This document shows, piece by piece, positions 1 through 11,752 of a stretch of DNA of 64,000 nt (the stretch's first letter is position 1; each line of letters begins with the position of its first letter). Both the position numbers and the translations under genes were made by a program. Where the stretch lies: contig CM097883.1 in the NCBI GenBank assembly GCA_044892505.1, positions 185,566,001 through 185,630,000 of the forward strand. The letters are read 5' to 3'. Source of the stretch: Schmidtea nova. Lineage: Eukaryota. Under the pieces are notes generated by a model. The model saw nothing but the letters and a program-made list of their open reading frames with translations. It searched no databases and was not told the DNA's origin.

Positions 1-596
1 TATCTTAAGTTGCAACAAAAAATACACGACTCCTTGAACCAACAAGCAACACTGGAAAAATGGTCGGCCAATCGTCCTTTTTGACACTCAGGTAGAATTT
101 TAAAATAACGAAATTATAATTTTAAAACTATTAAATATAAATGATCAAATTTGCAAAAGTATATATTTTTACGGTTATTTAAAAATATCAGGTAGAAAAT
201 TAACAAATTTATTCATTACTGCTTAGTGAAAATTTTTCCTTTAGTAATTTAGAATGTTGTTACCAAATCTTAGAATATTATGCGACCCTTTGAATATGAG
301 ACCCGAACAAAATATTTCGGCTTACCCTTCTCTGTAATAGACTGGTTTACTTAAATATGTAATGATTTGAGTTTTTAATTAAAAATGATTTATTTATTAC
401 TAGTATTATATTTTTTATTTTTTATTCATATGTTATTGAAATGCATTATGATAATATAATTTCAATAAATATATCGTTGTATTTTTGCTTAGCTTGGAAT
501 TAATGGACAATATTTTAAAGTGTTCGATATGCATCAAAATTCAGTTTGCAACTTCTCTTGTGGAACAGAATTTCGATGCATAGCGTAACCTTGGAG
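1..596 (+). pseudogene. Possible degenerate RFX-family exon remnants (C-terminal dimerisation region)
   Basis: 1-63 reads YLKLQQKIHDSLNQQATLEKW (cf. RFX LEQDFKVTLQQQNSLEQW). 522-596 reads VRYASKFSLQLLLWNRISMHSVTLE (cf. AKLFLLKWSFYSSMVIRDLTL). Stops/frameshift lie between them; similarity judged by eye only. Confidence 0.3.
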
Positions 597-888
597 TATA
601 TATTTTCAGAAATGAATCTATTAATATTAATATTTATATTGGGTTTAGATATGAGAATTTTGTATTGTTCTTGTGAATAATATTTTTTTTAAATTTAAAA
701 TTATAAAATTTAAATTGTTTAAATGATTAGATATAATACAAATTTGATAAATATTTTCTATGTAAAAATTAGGTGAAGTAAAATTGTTTAAATAAATAAT
801 ATAATATTTATTTATTTAGTGTTCAATATGTAGTGCAAATAATGATTGTGTAATATTTTATTAAATATTTAAAAGTACAATAAATATA

Positions 889-1574
889 TGTAGGAATATT
901 AAAAACCAATTAGATTTTATTAATAGAAATTGATCGCTAATTAATAAGCCGGTTTTTCGCAAACGTAGATCTTGATCATTGATATTTAGAGTTGAAATGA
1001 GAAGGTTCAACGACAGTCCTTATTGATTTATTTCCGGTGCTGGCAAATAATCCATTAATCGAGATTGATTGTGATCCAATTTATTGATTTGTAGATTTTT
1101 AGAGTTAGTCATTTCCGATTTGTCTGGATTGTATATTAATATTGATCCAGTTGTTGACAAGCATCTTCCAGTTTGTACAGCTTCTTTTCGCATTCCAGCA
1201 GCGAGACATTTCTGCAATCTACAGAACTGGTAATTGTTTCTTCTTTGAATATCGACTACACAATCTCCACTAGAGTGGCACTGATAATTGTTGTCATTTG
1301 ATGAAAACGAGTCACTGTGAATGTCTTGGGTGAACTGTGGTGAATTATCAATCATTAAACACTGGCCGAGTGTCGTTGAGTGGTTAACGGGGTATATGGA
1401 ATCATTGTTAGCTGTTTGCATTTTTTGTTTGTGATCAGCGTGAATATGAAAATATGTAAATATTAAAACAAGTCTATTAATTTTTACTCCATTTAATAAT
1501 TACTTAAATTAAATTAATTAATTTAAAAAATAAAAGAAATTTATAAAATTGGATATTTAGTCTAAGGCACTTCA
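889..1574 (-). mobile_element. Solo-LTR-like element carrying a nuclear-receptor fragment (copy 1)
   Basis: Minus strand begins TGAAGTGCC and ends TTCCTACA. Flanked by ATATA (884-888, 1575-1579). Homologous to 23201-23794 only between these termini. Confidence 0.75.
1020..1421 (-). pseudogene. Nuclear receptor DNA-binding-domain fragment (second C4 zinc finger + T-box, NR2-like)
   Basis: [41 protein letters not shown] at 1164-1286. One Cys ligand is changed to Tyr; no first finger or LBD. Confidence 0.75.
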
Positions 1575-1777
1575 ATATATAAAATTAAGGAACGTTTGTA
1601 GAATGGAATGTTTAATGTTTTCTTGATTAAAATATTGTTGATTCTAATATGGTAGATAAATAAAAAATATTTCAAAGTATTTATACAAAATATTTATACA
1701 TTTTAATTTAATGTAAATCATAAACGTATATACTGTCATTTAGAAATAAAATAATAATAAAAATAATAATATTAAAT

Positions 1778-1989
1778 ATCATAATTATCCTTTTGTTTCA
1801 CCTTTGATCTTTTTTGAATATTAATATCCATAACTCCCATAATGCTAAGACTATAGAACAAAATTTCTTAATATAAGTACACAATATTTCGGCACAGCCT
1901 TTATCAAGTGTGTATTATTATTACTAGTATGAGAAATATTGATATTAGTACTAAAAAAAATCAAAGGTGAAACAAAAAATAATTATGAT
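1778..1989. mobile_element. Fold-back/MITE family member
   Basis: Ends ATCATAATTATCCTTTTGTTTCACCTTTGAT ... ATCAAAGGTGAAACAAAAAATAATTATGAT; internal family motif TTTCGGCACAGCCTTTATCAAGTGTGTA. Confidence 0.6.
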
Positions 1990-2124
1990 AAATAAAAATT
2001 AGCTATGAATGGTTAATCACTTTTGATTTTGAAAATTTAATGTTAAAATTAATAATAAATTGCATTTATTTTTATATTTATATTTAATATATTATCCCTA
2101 TAATATATTATCTGTTAAAATTTT

Positions 2125-2342
2125 ATCATAATTATCTTTTTTCACCTTTGATCTTTTTTTATTATTATCAATAATTCTCATAATGACTATAGATCAAAAT
2201 TTTTTTTTTATAAACAATAACACAATATTTCGGCACAGCCTTTATCAAGTGTGTATTTGATAAAGGCTGTGCCGAAATATTGTGTTATTGTTTATAAAAA
2301 AAAATTTTGATCTATATTCATTATGAGAATTATTGATAATGT
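2125..2342. mobile_element. Fold-back/MITE family member (hairpin)
   Basis: ~90-bp inverted arms around ...TTTATCAAGTGTGTATTTGATAAAGG...; same family as 1778-1989. Confidence 0.7.
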
Positions 2343-3437
2343 TAAAATTTTGTTTATTAAATATTTATTTAATTATAATGATATTTCTAAAGAAATAAAA
2401 AACAGATAAATTATAATTAAACGATACATTTTCCCATAATTTGTGCTTTTTTGCTTAAATTAGAAATCTTTTAACATTTCAAAGTAGTTTCTTTACTCAA
2501 AAAATATTTTAACTTTTAATTACGAAAATAAATTTTCTCAATTAAGTTTAATGGTTTTCATTAGTTCAATCGAACGAGAAATATTTAACGAAATATTTTA
2601 TTGTACAAATATTCATTAAATTTGTGATTGAAGTTGAATTACTAATTTCAAGATGTTGAATGTGGCGAGATTTTATGTTTAAAAGATTTTTCTAGTGATG
2701 AAAAAATAGATTTTTGAGTGAATGCATATAATGTTTAAGTAATATTTGACTAAAAATAATTGTTAAAATAAATTTAATATTTTTAATAGTTAGAGACTAT
2801 ATGAAATTGTTTTATTATCAAATGAACATAGAATAATATTTGATAAAGAATCAAGCAAATTTTGCCAATATTATTATATTTATAATAGCCCAGTGGTGTT
2901 TGTCTGCTTATTTTTGTTAAATTTAAATTTTTACCACTAAAGATTTTAATATTATTGAAGTTTAAAAAATACAATTAACTATATATATATTATTCACACA
3001 CACACACACATATATATAAATAAATAAATATATGTGTGTGTGCGTGTGCGTGTGTGTAATAATCATATTATATATTAACGTGGCTGCTTGCAGCTCCAGA
3101 ACCAGTTAGTATTCTAAAAAAAATTATAATTAAAAAAAAATTTGAAATAAATGTTAGTAGTTAGTAGCTTATATGAAATAAACTCATTTTTAAAAGAATA
3201 GGCTAAATTTTGTGTCTTAATAAAAATAACTTTAATCTAGTTTTAAAAAAATAAATCTGAAATTGAAAATTTAAACATAAGTGACCAAAATTAAATATAT
3301 TATTATTTGCTAAAAATTAAGTGTGTAGATGTTTCAGTAATATTATGAATTTTAATAAATGGCGAACTTCCCTGTTTTAGGAATAACGGAAATAAGTTCA
3401 GTGATTAACTTTACAAAATTTAACAGAATAAATTACA

Positions 3438-4007
3438 NNNNNNNNNNNNNNNNNNNNNNNNNNNNNNNNNNNNNNNNNNNNNNNNNNNNNNNNNNNNNNN
3501 NNNNNNNNNNNNNNNNNNNNNNNNNNNNNNNNNNNNNNNNNNNNNNNNNNNNNNNNNNNNNNNNNNNNNNNNNNNNNNNNNNNNNNNNNNNNNNNNNNNN
3601 NNNNNNNNNNNNNNNNNNNNNNNNNNNNNNNNNNNNNNNNNNNNNNNNNNNTTACGTTTATATTTTTACTAGTAAATGCATACATTAACTAAAATTTATA
3701 CTTTTACTGTGACACGGATAAATCATAACTAATAAAATAAAATAATTTGTCTGCCGAAGCTATCTTAAAAATAATAGTCATAAATAAATAACAAAAAACA
3801 ATCATTTATCTTTGATAGAAATGGCAGGTTACCCAGAAGCTCTGGAGAAACTAAAAATNNNNNNNNNNNNNNNNNNNNNNNNNNNNNNNNNNNNNNNNNN
3901 NNNNNNNNNNNNNNNNNNNNNNNNNNNNNNNNNNNNNNNNNNNNNNNNNNNNNNNNNNNNNNNNNNNNNNNNNNNNNNNNNNNNNNNNNNNNNNNNNNNN
4001 NNNNNNA
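3438..4007. other. Assembly gaps (3438-3651, 3859-4007); others at 8240-8407, 15034-15365, 20081-20214, 54495-55206
   Basis: N runs; ORF-track entries spanning them are artefacts. Confidence 0.98.
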
Positions 4008-4620
4008 CTTTATTAGAAAATATGAGAGAAAAATTCATTTGTTATCATGAAGTTACAATTGAAAGCAACGATTTACCAGAATCAATTTTTTAAAAGCATT
4101 ATGATTTTGAAAGTTGTCAAAGATTACCAGTAGAGCAATATTGATGATCAAGTTGTTGTATTTTTATGTGTGATTAATTGAAGTGATTTTAAATTAGGCT
4201 ATTTAACTCTAAGAAATATCAAATATCAAATTGAATTATTGCATAATTTTCTGTGAAAGTTCTAAATAAATATAAATTTTATTGAATGGCCAAATGATTT
4301 TGAATTAAAGACGCTTTTTAAAAATTTGAATTTACTTTACTTTCGAACGAGTGTAAATATTTCACAGAAATATTCCAAACTTTTCGAAATTGTATTTAGC
4401 ATTTTTATGGTTTTTAAAAAATTTTATCACTATGAGATTTATATTTAACTAAACAAAGTATAAAGATATACGCAAATTTTCTAGGTGATTTAAGACTGAA
4501 ATTTTATGATTATTAACCTTACATCACAAAAATTATTGAAGAACACTAAAAACATTCTTCTCATTTAGAATTATAATAAGATTTTAGATATAATGCATTT
4601 GTTTTAAAATAAGTATATTA
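4008..4620 (+). pseudogene. Degenerate coding remnants, weakly RFX-like
   Basis: LPESIF*KHY (cf. RFX DBD LPRSTLYxHY) and IEWPNDFELKTLFKNLNLLYF/NEC (cf. PEGITFEHIKAFQVLYREHC); many stops. Confidence 0.2.
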
Positions 4621-5629
4621 TTCTTTGTTATAAGGAGGAAATAAAAGCAGTATAGCCTTTATTTTTAAACACAGTAAAACGAACATAGCTAGAAATTTCT
4701 TATTTATTGCATGACCTCTGTTGCACTACACAACCTTGCTTGCACTGTCAGAATTATAGAAATGCATTTTTAAAGAAATTCGGGTGCTTTCTTCAAAGTA
4801 CTCCTGGAATAAATATCTTTATCGTCTATGAATAATTTTTCTCTTAAGTGATTCTTTAAATTTCGGATTAGGTAGTAGTCACTGGAAATGAAATAACTAT
4901 ATAAAGGATGCTCAAGAAATCTCAGACAGGGTGCTCATTTCCAACCAGGGAAACGCCAGCGGCAAGGTTACTGTAGTAGCCTGCATCATTATAAGCAAAG
5001 CCGATGTTCAAACCTTTTGATATTCCAGAAAATTAATACCATAAGCATACGGCAGTGAGACGTCCTTCCTCCCATCTTGAGTGTCGATTTTTTACGAGGA
5101 AAATTTTAATCAGTAGCATCTTTTTTGGCTTAGGAGTATATGCGCACAGTAGGGTTTTATCTTCTGTTTGAATATTAAACAAAAAACTTGTTTCTATAGG
5201 TAATGCTTTTTTTATTCATCTATTATTATTTTTATAATTATTATTATTTTTATAACTTTTACTTTTATTATAATTATTTTATTATTATTAATATATCAAG
5301 AAAAGAGAAGACAAGATGAAGAACATGTGCTTTATATTGCCATTCCTAAAGAGCGATGATTAAATACCTTTGCATTAAAGACACGTTGGGCAAGTGATCG
5401 CGTCCACAAGAGTTGTCGATGCCACCCCAAAAGTGTGGTCAATAGGACTGGGCAATAATAGTTCATATCTATAGCAATAATGTCTCGGCTATTCAAGGTT
5501 ATCCAGCTACCATTAACAACGTAGTGTTTCATATGTTTTGAATGTGCTGGCAAGAGTGTGTCATAAACACTATGACCAATTTTTTTAATATGGTAAGTAG
5601 GTAGAAGTGTGGAACCGGGAACAAAGACA

Positions 5630-5830
5630 TCATGACTCGTCGATGACTGAAACAAAGACATTATGACTAAACCCTGTGAGTAGAAAGTTTTTCTTTATGA
5701 CTCATCACTATGTCTCATCGATGACGTCATCGATGACTCATTTCAAATTCAAATTTTAAATTTGAATTTCCAAAGGTCAAATAAGGTCAAACCTTCAAAC
5801 AAGGGTATCATTCAAAAGGTCATACCTCGA
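5630..5830. promoter_or_regulatory. Cluster of CRE/TRE palindromes and AAGGTCA half-sites
   Basis: 22-bp perfect palindrome TCATCGATGACGTCATCGATGA (5715-5736); TGACTCA at 5698 and 5734; AAGGTCA at 5773, 5783, 5816; AT palindrome ~5745-5769. Confidence 0.4.
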
Positions 5831-5904
5831 ATTGTCATACCATTGAAGGTTTTTGGAGGGTTCTGAACCTTCAAAAGGTGCAAAACCTTCAATTTTTTCA
5901 TACT

Positions 5905-5953
<49 letters not shown>

Positions 5954-6268
5954 TTCGAAAGGTATTTGAGAGGTAGGTATGATAGTAATACCCTGGATGG
6001 ACTATCGTAAGGACTGAACCCCCAAACTTTCCATTTATAATACCCCGATCTGAATAAATCTTCCATAAGAAATAAAAATTTCCACCTGAATTCATTCCTT
6101 TCAATATATTTTACATTTATAATTTCATTTTAATAATAATCAGTATTTTAACCTTGAAAAATTCCAGTCCTAATTGACATTTTCACTTTATTTTTGTCAT
6201 TTCAAACAGTTTACCATCAGTTTTATTTTATCCCTTTAGAATCTAAACAATATAAACAAGAATAGAAT

Positions 6269-6597
6269 ATAAACAAGTGTGTGGAGGAGCTTTATGTCTT
6301 TAAAAACAATTATATACTGGATCCGGTGTTTTATACCATTTTGAATATAGATGTCAACCGAAATAGATCTCAATGTTGTTTTATTAATTTAAAGGCGATT
6401 GATCATGAACTAATTATAGACAAATATCTAAACTTTAGATATTTGTTTATAATTAGTTCATGATCAATCGCCTTTAAATTAATAAAACAACATTGAGATC
6501 TATTTCGGTTGACATCTATATTCAAAATGGTATAAAACACCGGATCCAGTATATAATTGTTTTTAAAGACATAAAGCTCATCCACACACTTGTTTAT
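6269..6597. repeat. 329-bp near-perfect hairpin (164-bp arms, 1-nt centre at 6433)
   Basis: Arms are reverse complements with two mismatches seen; produces mirror ORFs 6281-6463(+) and 6403-6648(-). Confidence 0.92.
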
Positions 6598-6617
6598 CCA
6601 TAAAATATTAGATGATA

Positions 6618-6960
6618 GTAAGGAGCTTTTGCAGATAAAAACCATCACAAAAGAGGTTCTGTTATCAAGGTTCTGTTAGAAAGGTTCTGGTACTGGATAT
6701 AATTGATTGATGTAGTATAATTCTTTTGCAGGCAAAAACCATCACAAAAGAGGCTCTTCTACCAAGGTTCTGCTAGAAGTGTTCTTTTACCGGATAGAAC
6801 TGATGAAAATGTAACAATTAGGGTTAATGAGTTAAAATATAGAGTATGAAGCTTTTGCAGACAAAAACTATCACAAAAGAGGTTCTTCTACTAAGGTTTT
6901 GTTACCAAGGTTCTGTTACTAAGGTTCTATTAGAAAAGTTCTGATACTGAATATAATTGC
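6618..6960. repeat. Three degenerate ~110-125-bp direct repeats (GCTTTTGCAGATAAAAACCATCACAAAAGAGG + GGTTCTGTTA sub-repeats)
   Basis: Units start near 6623, 6722 and 6849; a fourth related unit lies at ~13110-13205. Confidence 0.8.
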
Positions 6961-8425
6961 CAATATAAAATTTAACCAAATTATTTATTGATTTTCCCTT
7001 TAAAATGTTTTTAGTGAATTATTATTTTTATTATAATTATTATTATTATTGATTTTATTATTATTGATTTTTATTATTAATATTAATAATAATATTACCA
7101 CACGGTAATTTTTTAGAACATTAAATTTTATTCAAATATTCCTAATGAAAATTATAAAAAGTTGCTATAAGAAGAAAGACTTATCAATTTTACACAAAGG
7201 GCAAATCATGTATGTGATGTGATTATGGTTGTGGAAATAGTAACTTTTCATAGAATTGGGACAGTTTTTGTCATGTTTCGATGCATTTCAGTAATTTGGA
7301 TATAATATGTCTATTAAAGATTTTGCATAAATAATTAATTATCATATATTAAAATAAAGTGTGTATCTGCACACATAAATATCGAAAAATTAAAATTAAT
7401 TAAAATTTTAAACGAAATCTGATTAGTTAATTTTAAATTATGAAAACATATATAAATTGAATTAAAATTACAGATTTCATTAAAAAATGTATCAACTTAA
7501 AAGTAAGTTTAATTAATTTTAAATGATTATTTTTAATATTTTATTCTAGAATCTTCGAACAAAAAGATGTTAAAACAAGAAGTAATGAAAATTATTCTTG
7601 AATAAATTTCAATTTTGGCAGCAAATTTGGTTAGGAATTCGGCAGTTCAATTTCTACAATACTTGATGGAATATTTAAAATTTCAAATCATTTATTTATT
7701 TAAAGTATATATTTATTTTTTTTTAAATCAATTTCTAATAATTTCTTTATAGGAATCTGTTACATTGAAACAATGCATGTACAATCTTCAAGTCGGGAAA
7801 ATTGGAGATATTGATTAGTAATTAGAAAAATCTCGATTAAAATTCGATATATCAAATTAAGATACTAATTCAAGGCTTCAAAGAATCTAATGATGTAGTC
7901 AAACCTGTTTGGAAAATTATAGAAACAAATATATGTGAATAAAATTTATTTATCAAATCTTGTCTTTTCATTATAATTTTTTGTTTTGGTTAATTAAAAC
8001 TTTTAATAACAAGTATTTAATGTGATAAATTTATTACCAAGTATTTAAAATCGATTAGTTTTTTATTAAAAATATAATTAATTTTTATTATCATAATTAT
8101 TCTAAATTGATTTAATATTAATAATTTTTTTAATAATTGATTATACGTTTAAAATTAAAATTAATTTTCTTTAATAATTCCCCGACAACAGTAATTTATT
8201 CAGAATTTGGTATATATTCGAATATATATACCAAATTCCNNNNNNNNNNNNNNNNNNNNNNNNNNNNNNNNNNNNNNNNNNNNNNNNNNNNNNNNNNNNN
8301 NNNNNNNNNNNNNNNNNNNNNNNNNNNNNNNNNNNNNNNNNNNNNNNNNNNNNNNNNNNNNNNNNNNNNNNNNNNNNNNNNNNNNNNNNNNNNNNNNNNN
8401 NNNNNNNCAGTAAATTCAACATCAA

Positions 8426-8464
8426 CGCGATATATTTCGATTGTATAACAATCTTCTTCAGGCG
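8426..8464 (-). ncRNA. Minimal type I hammerhead ribozyme (mirror copy)
   Basis: Exact reverse complement of 11753-11791. Confidence 0.8.
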
Positions 8465-8798
8465 GGGCAATCAGGACAATCAATAATAAAATAGAAAATA
8501 TGCTAAAATTTAAACAAATTAATCAATAAAAATCATCTTAATACCATATCAAAATTTTAATTTAAAAATTAAAAAAATTTTTTTTTTTTTATTTTATTAC
8601 ACAAAAATCTTTTAAAATTTAAAATTTAATTAAAAACAAACATTATACATAGAACAACATACGTATTATTTTAAAAATAAAATAAAATTTAATAAAATTT
8701 TAACACAACATAAAATTTACAAATTTTAAAATTTAAAAAAAAAATTAAAATTTTTACAAACAAACAAACAAACATAATCCACAACATTCAACCTTCAG

Positions 8799-10580
8799 TT
8801 ACTTAAACACATTCAAAATATCAGTGGAACGGGCAACTTGATCATTTATTTTTGGATTAAAATATCTAATCAGCAATGCCTCACAAGTTACTCGTTCCCA
8901 ATAATTACTTAAACCCTTTGAAATAATTTTAAAATCAGAGATACCTATTTTTTTACTGACACATTTCCTAAAATGATCACTAATATTCGTCAATCCTTTT
9001 GGTCGGCAATGCTCAAGAACTCGGGTGCAGAGATGACGGGCAGTCTCTCCAATGTATGTGGCATTACACCCATTACATGAAAATTGATACACGAGCTCAG
9101 AACACAAACCAATTGGCGTTGGACATTTACTAGTGAACATACTGCTAACTTTGCAAGACATGGAAACAATCTTAAATTGATCCTTGTCTACATGTTTGAG
9201 AATCTTATGCTTAAATTCTCTGAAGCCCTCAGAATAAGGCAATACTAACACATATTTCGGCTCCGTGCGGTTAGATCGATTTTTGTCACTTTCCGAAATT
9301 AACACAGTCCTTTCATCAGGATCAATAGGTACCTCAGATTCAGACATACGCATACCAACATCATCAGATTTCAACATTAACTTATCCACGGTCACTTTTG
9401 TCATTTTCTCAAGAAAAGATTTAGAGTAACCGTTTTTAAGTAACAACTCAACCAATACATCAATACTTTTTACTGAATTCACAAACGTAGAAGATAGTGA
9501 CCAAGCACGAAACACTAATCCTCTCACCATATTCCTTTTATATTTAAATTCACAAAAACTCTCCGGCGTTGTATACAAACCAGTATCAGTCGACTTTCTG
9601 TATATTTCAGTCTCATAATGTTTCGATTTGCGTTGAATGAGTAAATCTAAAAACGCAATCGATGACATTTTTTCTTCTTCACAGGTGAATTTAATATTCT
9701 CATGCAGATCATTCATAAAATTTAAAAAAGGCATTACATGTTCACGACTCTCAAACACTAAAAAAATATCATCAACATACCGTTTGTACACAGTTGGTTT
9801 AACAAGATGGCATAAAGACATTTTCTTTTCCAAACTAGACATAAAGATGGAAGCCATAGTTGGGGCTAATGGAGAACCCATAGCAACACCATCCACTTGT
9901 TTATACCATTCATTGTTAAACAAAAAATTAACATTCGACGTTGCAAATTCAAGCAATTTGCGAAACGCAATTTTATCAACATTCTTTTGTTCAGATTCAT
10001 TGTCATTCCACATTTCACAACATAAATCAATTGTTTCCGCCAATGGAATGATTTCTGAGTTTGAATGTAAGGATAGCTTTGAATTTGCTTCATTTATTGC
10101 TGCGTTGAAGAAAAGTTCTGATGATGAAATTATGGTTTCGTTTGATGTGTGTAGTCTTTTCACTAATGTTCCATTGGCGGAAACAATTGATTTATGTTGT
10201 GAAATGTGGAATGACAATGAATCTGAACAAAAGAATGTTGATAAAATTGCGTTTCGCAAATTGCTTGAATTTGCAACGTCGAATGTTAATTTTTTGTTTA
10301 ACAATGAATGGTATAAACAAGTGGATGGTGTTGCTATGGGTTCTCCATTAGCCCCAACTATGGCTTCCATCTTTATGTCTAGTTTGGAAAAGAAAATGTC
10401 TTTATGCCATCTTGTTAAACCAACTGTGTACAAACGGTATGTTGATGATATTTTTTTAGTGTTTGAGAGTCGTGAACATGTAATGCCTTTTTTAAATTTT
10501 ATGAATGATCTGCATGAGAATATTAAATTCACCTGTGAAGAAGAAAAAATGTCATCGATTGCGTTTTTAGATTTACTCAT
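8799..10580 (-). CDS. Mirror Penelope RT-GIY-YIG ORF, lacking RT motif A at the fold-back junction
   Basis: GVAMGSPLAP, YVDD and YIGET...RVLEH are present; SFDVCSLFTNV is replaced by antisense spacer sequence. Confidence 0.7.
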   Translation of the reverse strand: MSKSKNAIDDIFSSSQVNLIFSCRSFIKFKKGITCSRLSNTKKISSTYRLYTVGLTRWHKDIFFSKLDIKMEAIVGANGEPIATPSTCLYHSLLNKKLTFDVANSSNLRNAILSTFFCSDSLSFHISQHKSIVSANGTLVKRLHTSNETIISSSELFFNAAINEANSKLSLHSNSEIIPLAETIDLCCEMWNDNESEQKNVDKIAFRKLLEFATSNVNFLFNNEWYKQVDGVAMGSPLAPTMASIFMSSLEKKMSLCHLVKPTVYKRYVDDIFLVFESREHVMPFLNFMNDLHENIKFTCEEEKMSSIAFLDLLIQRKSKHYETEIYRKSTDTGLYTTPESFCEFKYKRNMVRGLVFRAWSLSSTFVNSVKSIDVLVELLLKNGYSKSFLEKMTKVTVDKLMLKSDDVGMRMSESEVPIDPDERTVLISESDKNRSNRTEPKYVLVLPYSEGFREFKHKILKHVDKDQFKIVSMSCKVSSMFTSKCPTPIGLCSELVYQFSCNGCNATYIGETARHLCTRVLEHCRPKGLTNISDHFRKCVSKKIGISDFKIISKGLSNYWERVTCEALLIRYFNPKINDQVARSTDILNVFK

Positions 10581-11418
10581 TCAACGCAAATCGAAACATT
10601 ATGAGACTGAAATATACAGAAAGTCGACTGATACTGGTTTGTATACAACGCCGGAGAGTTTTTGTGAATTTAAATATAAAAGGAATATGGTGAGAGGATT
10701 AGTGTTTCGTGCTTGGTCACTATCTTCTACGTTTGTGAATTCAGTAAAAAGTATTGATGTATTGGTTGAGTTGTTACTTAAAAACGGTTACTCTAAATCT
10801 TTTCTTGAGAAAATGACAAAAGTGACCGTGGATAAGTTAATGTTGAAATCTGATGATGTTGGTATGCGTATGTCTGAATCTGAGGTAACTATTGATCCTG
10901 ATGAAAGGACTGTGTTAATTTCGGAAAGTGACAAAAATCGATCTAACCGCACGGAGCCGAAATATGTGTTAGTATTGCCTTATTCTGAGGGCTTCAGAGA
11001 ATTTAAGCATAAGATTCTCAAACATGTAGACAAGGATCAATTTAAGATTGTTTCCATGTCTTGCAAAGTTAGCAGTATGTTCACTAGTAAATGTCCAACG
11101 CCAATTGGTTTGTGTTCTGAGCTCGTGTATCAATTTTCATGTAATGGGTGTAATGCCACATACATTGGAGAGACTGCCCGTCATCTCTGCACCCGAGTTC
11201 TTGAGCATTGCCGACCAAAAGGATTGACGAATATTAGTGATCATTTTAGGAAATGTGTCAGTAAAAAAATAGGTATCTCTGATTTTAAAATTATTTCAAA
11301 GGGTTTAAGTAATTATTGGGAACGAGTAACTTGTGAGGCATTGCTGATTAGATATTTTAATCCAAAAATAAATGATCAAGTTGCCCGTTCCACTGATATT
11401 TTGAATGTGTTTAAGTAA
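9637..11418 (+). CDS. Penelope-like reverse transcriptase + GIY-YIG endonuclease (N-terminally truncated; genuine homology from ~10047)
   Basis: SFDVCSLFTNVP, GVAMGSPLAP, RYVDDIF, FLDL, YRKSTDTG, VYQFSCNGCNATYIGETARHLCTRVLEH. The first ~137 aa are antisense RT sequence. Confidence 0.9.
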   Translation: MSKSKNAIDDIFSSSQVNLIFSCRSFIKFKKGITCSRLSNTKKISSTYRLYTVGLTRWHKDIFFSKLDIKMEAIVGANGEPIATPSTCLYHSLLNKKLTFDVANSSNLRNAILSTFFCSDSLSFHISQHKSIVSANGMISEFECKDSFEFASFIAALKKSSDDEIMVSFDVCSLFTNVPLAETIDLCCEMWNDNESEQKNVDKIAFRKLLEFATSNVNFLFNNEWYKQVDGVAMGSPLAPTMASIFMSSLEKKMSLCHLVKPTVYKRYVDDIFLVFESREHVMPFLNFMNDLHENIKFTCEEEKMSSIAFLDLLIQRKSKHYETEIYRKSTDTGLYTTPESFCEFKYKRNMVRGLVFRAWSLSSTFVNSVKSIDVLVELLLKNGYSKSFLEKMTKVTVDKLMLKSDDVGMRMSESEVTIDPDERTVLISESDKNRSNRTEPKYVLVLPYSEGFREFKHKILKHVDKDQFKIVSMSCKVSSMFTSKCPTPIGLCSELVYQFSCNGCNATYIGETARHLCTRVLEHCRPKGLTNISDHFRKCVSKKIGISDFKIISKGLSNYWERVTCEALLIRYFNPKINDQVARSTDILNVFK

Positions 11419-11752
11419 CTGAAGGTTGAATGTTGTGGATTATGTTTGTTTGTTTGTTTGTAAAAATTTTAATTTTTTTTTTAAATTTTAAAATTTGTAA
11501 ATTTTATGTTGTGTTAAAATTTTATTAAATTTTATTTTATTTTTAAAATAATACGTATGTTGTTCTATGTATAATGTTTGTTTTTAATTAAATTTTAAAT
11601 TTTAAAAGATTTTTGTGTAATAAAATAAAAAAAAAAAAATTTTTTTAATTTTTAAATTAAAATTTTGATATGGTATTAAGATGATTTTTATTGATTAATT
11701 TGTTTAAATTTTAGCATATTTTCTATTTTATTATTGATTGTCCTGATTGCCC

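Noticed and set aside
3359-4093. ORF-track entries across N runs (also ~8137-8483, 15000-15411, 20021-20254, 54435-55226)
   Set aside because: They are open only because of gaps; the 14646-15749 ORF falsely fuses two unrelated sequences.
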